From NCBI GenBank assembly GCA_951406725.2, contig OX597829.1, positions 26,598,001 to 26,662,000 of the forward strand: 64,000 bases of DNA, written 5' to 3'. A model generated the notes under the pieces. It was given only the letters and a program-made list of their open reading frames with translations, did no database searches and was not told the origin of the DNA. Shown piece after piece: positions 1 to 13,544 of the stretch. Position 1 is the first letter of the stretch, and each line of letters opens with the position of its first letter. Position numbers and translations under genes: made by a program. This stretch comes from Octopus vulgaris (Eukaryota).

Positions 1-507
1 GCGGTATTGCACATCGAGAATTCTCCCCCATCGAGAATTCTCCTCTGCGACGTTTTGAAGCGTTTGAAGGAAGACATTCGGCGAATGTGACTGAATCTGT
101 GAAGCACGAAGAATTGGATTCTTCACAACGACAATTCACCAGTCACCGAGCTCTCCTCACTCGTGAGTCTCTCGCCAAAAGCAACAGGTATTACTTCCGA
201 AACCCGCCCTTTTCGCCAGATTTAGCACCTGCGGACTTCCATCTCTTCTCCAAATTGGAAATGCAGCTCAAAGGTCGCCGTTTTAACTCTGTTGTCGAGA
301 CACCAGAGCGAATCGCAGAAGATCCTCGACTCGCTTACAGAAAATGATTTCCATGCTGGATTCCAAAAGTGACAGGAACGCTGGTGTCGGTGTATTGTTG
401 TAGAAAGTGACTATTTCGAAAGAGGTGATGTTAAAACTTAGATAAATAAGTTAGTTATTTTTCATCAAACATAACAAGTCCTGGAGCTTTTGTATACCAC
501 CACGTAC
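1..507 (+). mobile_element. Degenerate mariner transposon 3' fragment (transposase C-terminus)
   Basis: ORF 87-347 contains PPFSPDLAPADFHLF..L...LKGRRF, the mariner YSPDLAP-D motif. It is disrupted by frameshifts/stops. A probable terminal repeat ends near 507. Confidence 0.8.
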
Positions 508-579
508 GTACATATTTTAATAGGACTTGTTATGTTTGATGAAAAACAACTAACTTATTTATCTAAGTTTTAACATTTC

Positions 580-632
<53 letters not shown>

Positions 633-656
633 GGAGTGAGAGAGAGACACACAGAC

Positions 657-749
<93 letters not shown>

Positions 750-781
750 TGTATGTATGTATGTATGTATGTATGTATGTA

Positions 782-1200
782 TGTTGCTGACGACTCCCAA
801 GACTATCACAGTTGGTAGGAACTTAGTATGCGTGATCGCTGGAACCACATTCGGGTCTCTGCGTAACCATCGATCGTTTCTTCGATTTACCTTTTGGTCT
901 TGATCGAAGTTTTTCTCATTGGAGTAAAACCAAAGCATTCGAGCTTCTTGGTGTTTTAACTTGTTTAGCAAACGCTTCGCACAGATCGAACGATTCTCTC
1001 TCATCATATCCGAAATAAACTGATCCTTATGCATCACGTACGACTTGTACCGAATATCTTCATGGTCATCTCTTCTGACGGTGCATTCTGAAACTTTGAC
1101 GGTGCATTCTCTGGAATGGCTTTGATTGACTTTCCAGGGTTTTTGTCGGTTATTTCTTGGACTTTTTGAATGCAAAACACATGCCCTGTGCATGTGTTTT
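782..1200 (-). mobile_element. Tc1/mariner-superfamily transposase fragment, truncated by a (TACA)n array
   Basis: Translation includes WFYSNEKNF..DQKVNRRNDRW...THTKFLPTVIVLGVVS, resembling the first catalytic-D region (FSDEKxF) of IS630-Tc1-mariner transposases. Confidence 0.65.
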
Positions 1201-1594
1201 GCATTTAACTACTGATGTTGGATCTTTGATAACAGCTTCCAGCTCCATTTCAAAGTTTGGCAATGAAAGAGTGGGCAATTTTCAGGAAGCTAGCTATCTC
1301 CGTATCACTATGCTGCGCTTTTTAAGGAAACAATTACAGTGTCCCTTTTCATTTGCTGAATCAATTTGATGTCTGACATTATTTATCTGAATAGTAAGTG
1401 GGGTTAAAGGGATATAATATCCGGGCGGATACCGTATTGGCTCTCAGTTAAGTTCCACTTACCAGCTGACTACAACAATCAGTATCTAACGTCTGTGACT
1501 ACACTTAGTTGTTAGTCACATTGTGAATTCTTCTAATGGATAGTTCCGTGTTTTCTTCACTGGACAGGAAAAATTGTCTGGAGTGTATATTAAC

Positions 1595-1832
1595 ATTAAT
1601 AATAATAAAGAGTATAGGGATCTGTGCATCCTCAAAATTTATTTTATAGTTATATACAGCATATTATAATGACCTACACGTGTTTCCGCTGCAGCGGCTA
1701 CTCACTGTTGCATATGCAACAGTGAGTAGTCGCTGCAACGGAAACACGAGTAGGTCATTATAATATGCTGTATATAACTATAAAATAAATTTTATGTATG
1801 CACAAATCTCTATATTCTTTATCATTATTAAT
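1595..1832. repeat. Spacerless long palindrome (~119-bp arms)
   Basis: Centre TTGCAT|ATGCAA at 1713/1714. The arms are reverse complements with scattered mismatches out to ATTAATAAT..ATTATTAAT. Confidence 0.95.
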
Positions 1833-1836
1833 ATTA

Positions 1837-1873
1837 CTAGCAGAAAGACCGCCCTCCGGCGGTTTTCTGCTAG
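1837..1873 (-). mobile_element. Probable Helitron 3' terminus (GC hairpin + CTAG); 5' end not located
   Basis: Minus strand reads CCGCCGGAGGGCGG hairpin then TCTTTCTGCTAG|T, the same TGCTAG end as the Helitrons at 8390-8791 and 34154-34528. Confidence 0.45.
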
Positions 1874-2841
1874 CCCCTCGATAATATATTCACATTTGAT
1901 CCCCAGTTGTTATAATTCTTATATTTTACGTCTTGTTATTTCTTTATATAATAGTGCTCACTTGCTTAGTAAGTATTGCTTTCATTATTTTACCACAGTC
2001 ATAATCTCTCTCTTTTAAACAAACATCACGGTAGTCCAACAACAGAGGGAGAAGCAGTTTGTCAAGTTTTACTTTCCCCTCAAAGCGACATAGAGATTTC
2101 AATTCAGCACCCTTCCGTAAGCTTTGCAGTGTGTGTTTGAGAGAGGAGGGAGAGAGAACATTGCAAACAATGAATGAAATAAACATGAGATGAAAAAAAT
2201 CGTATAAATAAAAGGATGTATACGCCCCCGACTTTGTTGCTTCATGACATCCAGAAAATGGATACATTTTAACAAAATTTTCTACAAATACCGTTTAAGA
2301 GTATATAGGAACTTAAGAGAAAGAATTTTTCCGAGGAGTGGAGAGAGGAGTTTTGGAAAATTCACACGATCTGACATTTTTCCCTCATAACTTTCAGGAA
2401 GGTGGGTATCTTTTAATGAAAATTTATACAAATCCCTTTCACCCGGCATAGATTACGATTATAAAGAAATGCGTGGGGAAATTTTTTTCAGGGATTTTCT
2501 TCATTTTTTTAAACTTCAGCCTTCGAAACGATAGATTGCGGGGGGGGGGGGCATTTTTCATTGTAAAAAGTTTTCTAAACTCTTGTAAACACCCCCTCCC
2601 TCATCATCCTACTCTGGGCCTATTTTGGCCAGTTGTTTTTTTTGTTTTTTTTATTGCACTTCAAAACACTGGGGAGAGCATTTTCGGTAAAAGCTTTTTT
2701 AAATTGTTAATATTTTCAGAGGGAAAAGTGAGCGATTTAAGGGCGATTTGGCTGTTGTTTCTAGCATATCTAAAGCCAACCCTCCTCGTTTCTTTATCAC
2801 TCTCGCATGTATTGATGCTTTTCAAAATTTTTTAACCAAAA

Positions 2842-3055
2842 GACGGCGAGCTGGCAGAAAAGTTAGCACGTCGAGCGAAATGCTTAGCAGTATTTCATCT
2901 GTCTTTATGTTTTGAGTTCAAATTCCGCAGAGGTCGACATTGCCCTTCATCCTTTCGGGGTCGATAAATTAAGTACCAGTGCTTACTGGGGTTGATCTAA
3001 TCGACTGGTCCCCTACCCAAAAATTTCGAGCCTTGTGCCCACAGTGGAAAAGAAT
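2842..3055 (+). mobile_element. tRNA-derived SINE, family A
   Basis: GGCGAGCTGGCAGAA..GAGTTCAAATTCC (A/B-box-like head) plus central GTCGAC.TTGCC.TTCATCCTTTCGGGGTCGATAAATTAAGTACCAG. Other copies at 6741-6885, 47280-47468 (-) and 53789-54015. Confidence 0.85.
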
Positions 3056-3325
3056 ATTTCCCCCCATAAATATATTTATATGCTAGAAAAAATGAACATT
3101 TGAGAAATTATGAATTTTTTGCTACCCCCGTTTGTTTCTGTTTAGAAATTAAAATACTGGAGAGCCTGAGAAGATCATTGCTGACATCCACAGTGATTTT
3201 TAAAAAATTACGGAGATGTACTTGCATAGCAAGCAACTTGGTCTGAGATAGTGTGCTGAAACAAAAACAATTGCAGCACAGATGTTTGTAAGCCATTCAA
3301 GAACACACAGAAACCGTTAGTTTCA

Positions 3326-3514
3326 CGGCACTACATAAATACAGAGGTCCCTATACATCTACGTAACGATATGAAGGAGAGGGTTAGTTTTAGGGTTGGT
3401 TAGGATTAAGGTGTCATTACACGTCCACACAGCGTATATTTAAAATGTTTTGTACGTAACACCTGTATTTACGTAGTATCTCTGTGTTTAAGTAGTACTG
3501 TTAAGGGACCTCCG
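3326..3514. mobile_element. Small MITE-like insertion with target-site duplication
   Basis: Flanked by direct repeat AGTTTCA(C) at 3319 and 3515. Ends are CGG..CCG, with inverted subterminal GAGGTCCCT/AGGGACCTC. Confidence 0.5.
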
Positions 3515-4180
3515 AGTTTCACTTCAACATTAAAATTTCATTTGTGTCAAAATATTTTCCTCGCTTTGACAAAACTTCGCAAAAGTAATGCAGCACGAAG
3601 TTTTGTCAGTGAACAGCAAACTCACACACGCACATATTCATTGCCTTTCATTTGTTTGTATGTGTATCTATGTGTGCACGCGAGTGTATCACTGTTGAAG
3701 TCGCTCGTGCATCTTGTTTGTGTATATATTGGCTTAGTGGTACAGGGTGTTTGGAAACTGTGAATAAGGTGCAAGTTTCGAGTACTTGTCGGTAATCTTT
3801 TTGCTTCTCGCCTTCTAATAGTAATTACCCAACTTTTTAGGCTCTTCTCAAAGCTATCACGCGTTCAAAAATTATACGGGTATTTTAAAAATAGGATAAA
3901 ATAATAAATAATATATTACGTATAAATTAATAGAATAAACTATCGGTTTTCCAAATAGCGAATTAAAACTTAAAAGAGAAAGTGAGAGACTTTGCAAATG
4001 AGAAGGTATTACTCCGCAGTGAATGAAATGAATATTTAAATTTGCGAGAAATTGGAATTTAGAAAATTCAAGAAACTTGAGAAATCGAAATTATAGGAAA
4101 TTTCTTAGAACATGAATTTATAAAAATATTTCCAGACGATTAACCTTTTAATAATTGCTTTCTCCATTATGGTATAGCTA

Positions 4181-4257
<77 letters not shown>

Positions 4258-4315
4258 TAAGTGTACGCGCGTGTGTGTGTGTGTGTGCATGTAAGTATGT
4301 ATGTAAGTATGTATA

Positions 4316-5984
4316 TCATTATTTAGTTTTATTTCAAGATTTCTTGCCAATAAAGAAAAAGTAGGTTTCTAACGTAGATCCAAGGCTCCTTCATTGGAAT
4401 TTCAACATCAATAGGGTGTGTATGTATGTATGTATGTATGTATGTATGTATGTATGTAGGTATGTATGTATGTATGTATGCGTGCAGATTTATATGTTTT
4501 GTTTTATGTGCATATTTTCACGCATATAGTTGCATATCTAGACACGCTCATATATACTTAAATGATAAACTTCTGAAAAGTTTTACAGATTTTTGCAGTT
4601 TCAGTGATGGCTTGGATCTGTAGTCTTCGAATAAGCTTTCTCCTTTCTGGTTTTGAGAAGCTTAATTTCTCAAGATTGGTATTTAGGCAGTGTGGTACAT
4701 ATCCCAGTGCCCTAATAATTTCAAGTATAAACCTGAACTTGTAATCTGGATAGAGTAACTTCAAATTTCTCACAAGTTCAGCGTAAGTATTTTCTTTTTC
4801 GCTGATCTTTAGCTTTATGTTAACATCTGCTGGGCATCTGATTTCCACAACTGTACACAGTTTCTCCTCTCTATCTCAAACCATTATGTTGTCTTTTATG
4901 TTTACATCTTACTAAGGTATTCACAGGGACATTTCACCTGTTCTTTTTATTAAGAGTGGCTATGGCCTCTACCATACTGTGGATTCTTAATTCTTTGTTT
5001 TCGAGGTTATCCTTCTGACGGATCTCGTTATACAGTGTCTTAGCTACAACATCATATCTACCGATACGGTAGATACACCGTGATGACATTTTCGGACAAC
5101 TGTTTATGATGTGTGTGATACCTTCGGTGTTAACTCCGCAAATTCTGCAGCGGTTGACACATTTTACTGCATTTCCTGAATATCTGTCTCTTTTGTGTAT
5201 TAGGTATTTGGTTGATATTTCCTATTCCTGGATTGCAAATACCCTTCAAAGTGAGAGGTTGTAATCTGGTTGTTCGTCCATGATAGACTGCTTTGATGAT
5301 CAATGTTACTATCATCTCGAAGCTTTCTATTAACATATCCATGCATAGTCTTCTGCTTATCCTCTCATCTGATGATACGTTGAGGTAGAGTCGTGCGACT
5401 TCTTTGGGCATGTATTTAAGGTTATCAGACAAGGAATGCTGCTCAAGGAGCTGCTTTTAAGTCTTACGATGTTATCAGCCTCATGTATGCAAACTTGGTC
5501 AAGAGAGGCACTTCGACACTTGGCGGTTAAAAGATGTTGCTGAAGGGATATAGTACGACATTCAAAGGCAGTCTGAATCAATGTTAAACCTCTGCCGCCT
5601 TGTTTTCATTTTAGGTAGAGGCAGTCTACGTCACTATTGATGTGGAAATTATGTGTGCTGGTTAGTATCTTCCGGATCTTCACATCAATGGTTCGGATCT
5701 CATCAAGTGTCCAATCAAGCAATCCAAAAATTTCGTATGAGTACTGGCACTGCAAACATATTGTGAGCCACTGTTTTATTGAATGCTGAGTTCTGAGGTC
5801 CATATTTTTTTTATTCGCCTGTGATATTCTTTAGCAATACGTGTTTTGCTAAAGGTGCCACTGTAAAATATGTTTTCATCCACCCCTAGATACCTGCAAC
5901 ATTCCTCGTCAAATATAAGGGAAAAATGTTGTTAGTCTGGTTTACAGTTTTCCCTCTTTTCACTACCAAAAAGCAACATTTATC
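4316..5984 (-). mobile_element. 5'-truncated, degenerate non-LTR retrotransposon with restriction-like endonuclease (Dong/R4-like)
   Basis: Broken ORFs give post-RT sequence (DEIRTIDVKIRKILT..NFHINSDVDCLYL..GGRGL), a CCHC-like region and a C-terminal EIRCPADVN...EKENTYAEL...ALG RLE domain. The 3' UTR ends at about 4316, and both ends abut (TACA)n. Confidence 0.75.
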
Positions 5985-6350
5985 ATGTATGCCTGTATGT
6001 ATGTATGTATGCCTGTATGTATGTATGTATGTATGTATGTATGTATGTATGTATGTATGTATGTATGTATGTATGTATGTATGTATGTATGCCTGTATGT
6101 ATGTATGTATGTATGTATGCATGTATGTATGTATGTATGTATGTATGTATGTATGCCTGTATGTGTGTATGTATGTATGTATGTATGTATGTATGTATGT
6201 ATGTATGTATGTATGTATGTATGTATGTCTGTATGTATGTATGTATGTGTGTATGTATGTATGTCTGTATGTGTGTATGTGTGTATGTATGTATGTATGC
6301 ATGTATGTATGTATATATATATGTATGTATGTATGTGTATATATGTATGT
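5985..6350. repeat. (TATG)n microsatellite
   Basis: Direct tetranucleotide array; source of the spurious MYVC ORFs. Confidence 0.98.
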
Positions 6351-6954
6351 ATGTTTATGTGTATATATCCATGTATATACATTCACCCTTACGACTACGG
6401 AAAAGTAAAAATACACCATATAAAACACTTGGGCAGAGAAAATTTGTAATTTGGTTAATTCCGTTTCCGCTCGTTTGTACTCAGTTGATATGTATGTATT
6501 TGTGAGGGGGTGCGCGTGTGTATGTGTGTGTCTGTGTGTGTGCGTGTGTATGTGTGTGTGAGAGAGATAATGTATGTGTGTGTGTGCTTGGCTTCTATGT
6601 TGTATCGAAACGTGTAGTGTTTATTAAGTAGCTGTCTAACCGTACTCCTTCTTGTTGATTCTATTTTATTCAATTTTATTTTCACCCACGATGAATGCCT
6701 AAACCTAGACTTCGAATACTATCGGCCATTTGGTAATTCTGGGGTCGACTTTGCCTTTCATCCTTTCGGGGTCGATAAATTAAGTACCAGTTACGCACTG
6801 GGGTCGATGTAACCGACTTAATACCTATGTCTGTCCTTGTTTGTCCCCTCTATGTTTAGCCCCTTGTGGGTAATAAAGAAATAGGTAATTCTAAGGGTGA
6901 ACGAGCTCTATTTTGTACTCTAATACGTTCCTAACGGAATACACTTTATGTGTG

Positions 6955-7321
6955 TGGAAGCACTCCGTCGGTTACGACGACGAGGGTTCCGGTTGATCCG
7001 AATCAACGGAACAGCCTGCTCGTGAAATTAACGTGTAAGTGGCTGAGCACTCCACAGACACGTGCACCCTTAACGTAGTTCTCGGGATATTCAGCGTGAC
7101 ACAGAGAGTGAAATACAGGTATAACAGAAACAGGAAGTAAGAGTGAGAGAAAGTTGTGGTGAAAGAGTACAGCAGGGATCACCACCATCCCCTGCCGGAG
7201 CCTCGTGGAGCTTTTAGGTGTTTTCGCTCAATAAACACTCACAACGCCCGGTCTGGGAATCGAAACCGCGATCCTATGACCGCGAGTCCGCTGCCCTAAC
7301 CACTGGGCCATTGCGCCTCCA
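6955..7321 (-). mobile_element. tRNA-derived SINE, family C (near full length)
   Basis: Minus strand: GGAGGCGCAATGGCCCAGTGGTTAGGGCAGCGGACTCGCGG..GGTTTCGATTCCC tRNA-like head, and 3' tail GGAACCCTCGTCGTCGTAACCGACGGAGTGC. Near-identical to 9190-9573. Confidence 0.9.
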
Positions 7322-7337
7322 CTACACTTTATGTATG

Positions 7338-7502
<165 letters not shown>

Positions 7503-7778
7503 TTCATACCTTTACCGTCTTCGCTTAATGAGTATTGTCTTAATGCTTTCAGTCCTTCTAAGGCGCTCAACTGTCTCACTGTTGCAGTCTTCTTAGGGTA
7601 GCGCTACTCTATTGCTTTTAACACTCAGGTAACGCACTGAGTTTGATTATGTGATCGCTGTTCCTTAAGATCGGAAATATCTTTGTTGCAATGTGTAAGT
7701 ATAAGCTAACTGATAGTGAGTGGCTTGGGATTGTCCAGGTTTGAATATTTTACTTTTGAATGTTATTATATTCAGCCA

Positions 7779-7814
<36 letters not shown>

Positions 7815-7816
7815 TT

Positions 7817-7892
<76 letters not shown>

Positions 7893-8107
7893 GTGTGTGC
7901 GCGCGTCTACATTTGTCCCCTACATCCGTCTGACAACCAGTGTTAACGTGTTCACTCCTCGTAACCTAGCGGTTCGCCGAAAGTGGAAGACAGAATAAGT
8001 ATCCGGGTTTAAATAAGTACTAGGGTCAATTGGATCTACTAAAATTCTTCAGGGCGGTGCACCAGCATATCCGCAATTTAATGCCTGAAACAAGTAAAAG
8101 ATAAAAG

Positions 8108-8143
<36 letters not shown>

Positions 8144-8389
8144 ACAATTACAATGGATACGAAGAATAGTACATCTGCACGTTTTTTTTTTTATATATAT
8201 ATTTTCACAGTTAGTTATACACCATACATAATTTAAGTCTAGGTTCATTATAGGATCAACCTAATAATCGTTTTTATAGCCGTATCAGATTTCCAAATTT
8301 TCCTCTCCCATTCTTTACACCCAAAAACTATTGTCCCCTGCCAAATATAATGCTAGCAAAACCAGCTTCAAACCACGACAATGGTTAAA

Positions 8390-8791
8390 TCTTTATATAT
8401 AAAAGTGAAGTTGTGTGTCTGTCTCCTACGATTTAGATTCCTAACTACTCCCACATTTTGCGGTGCAGTTTAACCAAAACCGGGTATCTTATAGTCGTGA
8501 TTCATATCGAGCCCTTCTGGGTATTAGCGCGCGTCTACGATGAGTCTACGATTTAAAAAAAAAAATTACCATCATTTTTTTCCATTTTAATGCATTTTTT
8601 TTCGCTATTATATAAGGGAAGTAACTCTCTAAAAATGTCTACGATGAGTCAACGATTTAAAAAAAAATTTACCATAATTTTTTTTCCATTTTTAATGCAT
8701 TTCTTTTGCTATTTTTTGGCTATAACTCTCTAAAAATGCTTATATAGTTATTTCCCTTACAAACCTGAGCAATGCCAGGCGATACTGCTAG
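8390..8791 (+). mobile_element. Non-autonomous Helitron
   Basis: A|TC 5' end at 8390, subterminal hairpin CCTGAGCAATGCCAGG, CTAG|T 3' end at 8788-8791, no TSD. The 3' part is shared with 34154-34528. Confidence 0.88.
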
Positions 8792-9148
8792 TCTTGAATA
8801 AAACTGCATAGACTCTTTACCAGATGAATGAAAGCGGGTGCAAATGCAATTGCGAGTTGTCAATGCAGCAGAAACGGAAAAGAAAAGAAAAGTCGGACAC
8901 TTTTCAGTTAAACGTGCTGTAAAAAAAAAAAAGCTGTAAAAATGAAACATGCGCAGAAAAATGCGTATTATTCTCCGTATTCATTGTCATTGTTTAAGGA
9001 TATACACTTGGTAAACTATAATCCAAAGAAGCGAACCCAGGATTTACTCATCGGATGAAATACATTAAGAATGTTAAACTCAAATGTTCCGAGATACTTC
9101 TTACTGCTGGCATAACTTGAGCGGCTCATGCCTGGATGGATTATCCCA

Positions 9149-9186
<38 letters not shown>

Positions 9187-9189
9187 ATG

Positions 9190-9573
9190 GATGGCGCAAT
9201 GGCCTAGTGGTTAGGGCAGCGGACTCGCGGTCATAGGATCGCGGTTTCGATTCCCAGACTGGGCGTTGTGAGTGTTTATTGAGCGAAAACACCTTAAGCT
9301 CCACGAGGCTCCGGCAGGGGATGGTGGTGATCCCTGCTGTACTCTTTCACCACAACTTTCTCTCACTCTTACTTCCTGTTTCTGTTGTACCTGTATTTCA
9401 AAGGGCCAGCCTTGTCACTCTCTGTGTCACGCTGAATATCCCCGAGAACTACGTTAAGGGTACACGTGTCTGTGGAGTGCTCAGCCACTTACACGTTAAT
9501 TTCACGAGCAGGCTGTTCCGTTGATTCGGATCAACCGGAACCCTCGTCGTCGTAATCGACGGAGTGCTTCCAC
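9190..9573 (+). mobile_element. tRNA-derived SINE, family C, with long target-site duplication
   Basis: Same family as 6955-7321. Flanked by duplicated TGCTGGCATAAC.TGAGCGG.TCATGCCTGGATGGATTATCCCAAT(GT)n at 9105 and 9576. Confidence 0.9.
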
Positions 9574-9619
9574 ATTGCTGGCATAACCTGAGCGGTTCAT
9601 GCCTGGATGGATTATCCCA

Positions 9620-9654
<35 letters not shown>

Positions 9655-9844
9655 GATGGATGGATGGATGGATGGATGGATGGATGGATGGATGGATGGG
9701 CTCCAAAGAAGTTGTAGATGTTGCACAGGCACTCGACACTGGCTGCACTGCTTCTTTTAACAGAAATTGTTATAAGTTAATGAAAGTGATTACGTAACTC
9801 GTGTTCTTTTGTTACCCATGTATTTATACATACACACACACACA

Positions 9845-9938
<94 letters not shown>

Positions 9939-10086
9939 ACGTATCTCTCTCACTCTCACTTTCACTCTCTCCCCTTCTCTTCCCCCTCTCTCTCTCTCGT
10001 CCTCAGTATATATATACATCAATATATATCCATATACATATATATATATATATATATATATGTATATTTATATATATATGTATATA

Positions 10087-10122
<36 letters not shown>

Positions 10123-10132
10123 TGTATGTATG

Positions 10133-10163
<31 letters not shown>

Positions 10164-10531
10164 ATATATACATGCATGTATATATATGTATGTAAACATG
10201 TATATACACAGTTATATATATGTTACACGCACACACACACACATATACGTGCGCACTTATATATATATATGTGTGTGTGTGTTTATTACATTTAAAAGCC
10301 TCGTTTTTTTCTCCTTTTCCCCGTTTTTCTTCCCACAGAGTCTATATAAACACAAAACGTGTTTATATTTTACTCAATAACAGCAATAAAATATATAACG
10401 GTGTATATAAAGATTCTTACTTCTGAGAGAACGCAAAACACCGCCCAGTACTTTGTACCGTATGCTGGGCGGTGTACGAGTTACTCCTCTCTTCTAGAAA
10501 GTGTGTATATATATATATATATACATACATG

Positions 10532-10571
<40 letters not shown>

Positions 10572-10660
10572 CACTTACAGACACACATATATATATACAC
10601 ACACGTACATATACGTGTGAATGTGTATATGAATACATGTGTATGTATGTATACACATGA

Positions 10661-10697
<37 letters not shown>

Positions 10698-10819
10698 GGG
10701 AAAGAGGGGGAAGAGAGATTGATGGGCAGAGAAAGAGCGAGAGATAAATGGTAATTTTCTACTAATCATCTATTTCACACCCACTTTTCTTGATAGATAA
10801 ATATAAATATATAAATAAA

Positions 10820-10822
10820 TAG

Positions 10823-10916
<94 letters not shown>

Positions 10917-10952
10917 GATGGATGGATGGATAGATAGGTGGATAGATAGATG

Positions 10953-11040
<88 letters not shown>

Positions 11041-11457
11041 CATACATACATACATACATACATACATACATACATACATACATACATACATACATACATA
11101 CATACATACATACATACATACATACACACACATATACATACATACATACATACATACATACATACACACATACATACATACATACATACACATGCATACA
11201 TACATACATACATACATACATACATACATACATACACACATACATACATACATACATACATACATACATACATGCATGCATACATACATACACACATGCA
11301 TACATACATACATACATACATACACACACACATACATACATACATACATACACACATACATACATACATACATACCTACATACATACATACATACATACA
11401 TGCATACATGCATGCATACATACATACATACATACATACATACATACACACACACAT

Positions 11458-11497
<40 letters not shown>

Positions 11498-11537
11498 ACA
11501 TACATACATACATACATACATACATACATACATACAT
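10820..11537. repeat. Compound (GATA)n/(CATA)n microsatellite
   Basis: Direct reading of the sequence. Confidence 0.98.
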
Positions 11538-11613
11538 AATATAAGCGAAGAGACAAGGTTGGATAAATATGGATACTATATTGATAACTACGCACATCGA
11601 TATATATATATAT

Positions 11614-11658
<45 letters not shown>

Positions 11659-12199
11659 TATGTATATGATTTCTTATATTCTTTTTTTTGCTTCAGGCAT
11701 TCAGTAATTTGATGGCAGTCATGCCGGAGCACCGCTTTAGTCGGACAAATCAACACCTGGACTTATTCTTTGCAGGTCTAGAACTTATTGCATCGGTCGC
11801 CTTTGCCGAACAACTAAGTTGCGGGGACTTAAATACACCATCGGTTCTTAAACGATAGTGGTGGTGGTGGTGGTGGTGGTGGTGGTGGTGAAACAAACAC
11901 ACAAACACATACATGTACATGTCATTCCTGTTTTTATTCGTTACTGTTTCCAATTTTATCTTCGTCTCTTCTTTTCCTATTCGTCTCTGTTGTCACATTC
12001 TTTCTTTCTACCAAGCAAATCTAATGCCCATAGCTTAGCTTTTCCTTGGGGCTGGTCGTTTTGGAGCAAATCTCAGAATTAAACAGCCGTAATTTGCCAT
12101 GATGAATCGGTTTCTGACTGAAGAATGAAGGCTCTGAATGACTGTCTGTTTTCTGTGTTCGTCAATTCGTGAATTTCATGTTCTTTATATATAAAGTTT

Positions 12200-12243
<44 letters not shown>

Positions 12244-13202
12244 ATTTCTTCAATTGGAATTTACCTATGATTTTTCCAAGTAGATTCGATTGGGTCATGG
12301 CATATAAAGTTTTTTCAATTTGACCCCCAATTAAGCAAAAATTCGAGAAAACTCAATATTTTACGATTTGCCTCTCTCATTTCAAGTGGTTTACTCTTGC
12401 TATTACCACCACACTTTCTCCTACTTTCTCTTTGCAAGTGTGAAACTATTAAAGTGAAAGTATTATATAACAGGGATAAGCCATTAATAGTGGTCATCCT
12501 TTTTGCTAGAGGAAGATCCGCTATGGTCTTATATGCTACACCACTGCTTTTCAATTCATATTAATCAAATTAATATTCAAATTTTCACCCTTATTATGTA
12601 TGTGTGTGTGTGTGTGTGTGTGTATTAGCAATTCGTATAAAATTGCATCAATGACTTGAACTTGAATAAGTGGTTTCACATAAATGGGGATAAATTAAAA
12701 AGGTTTGTTGTTATTATTATTACTGTTTGACTATTGTAATCACGTTTGTTGGTTCCTCGTCAGGGAAACGTTGTTGTGTTGCATTTGTTAAATAATTGTA
12801 AACCGTAACCCTCCCCCTTTCGGAGAAGGGGCTTTGGTTATTGTTTAAAAATTGAATTGTGTCCCTGTTTGGGGAAATTGACAATATTTTCACCGTCTTT
12901 ACGGAAGCATTTTTGTTAAAATGCCTTCGATAGAAGAAAGTCCAAAAATGAATTTCGCTGCAGCCGTACACTTCTATACAAGAGGGAGGACAAGATCCAA
13001 TTGATCGAAATTGCAAGAGACGGGCCTACAATTCCAGTCTGTTATATATTTTGAGTATTGTTATCACTAGCGATATCAAGATATAACTTTGTATTTTGTA
13101 TTTTATGTGTAGATGTATATATATAGATGTACATGTAATATGTACACATATATATACACATATATACATGCATAATATATCTACCCATACATACATACGC
13201 AC

Positions 13203-13259
<57 letters not shown>

Positions 13260-13544
13260 TGCATACATAGGGGCAGGTGTGGCTGTGTGGTAACAAACTA
13301 CGTTCCAAACACATGGTCCTGGGTTCAGTTCCACTGTGTAGTGACTTGGCATGTGTCTTCTGCTGTAGCCTCAGACCAACAAAAGCCTTCTCAGTGGATT
13401 TTGTACATATATACAGGCATACATATATATACATGCATACGTTCATATTCGGCATAAACACTCTACCACTACAACTAATAACTGTTGGGAACACTTTCAA
13501 ACCTGTCTTACATTCGAACCGGAATCTCAAAAACATTGTCCCCT

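Noticed and set aside
9190-9265. tRNA gene (also the heads at 7250-7321, 53789 and family-B copies)
   Set aside because: These are tRNA-like A/B boxes continuous with multi-copy SINE bodies. No proper acceptor stem or terminator was evident.
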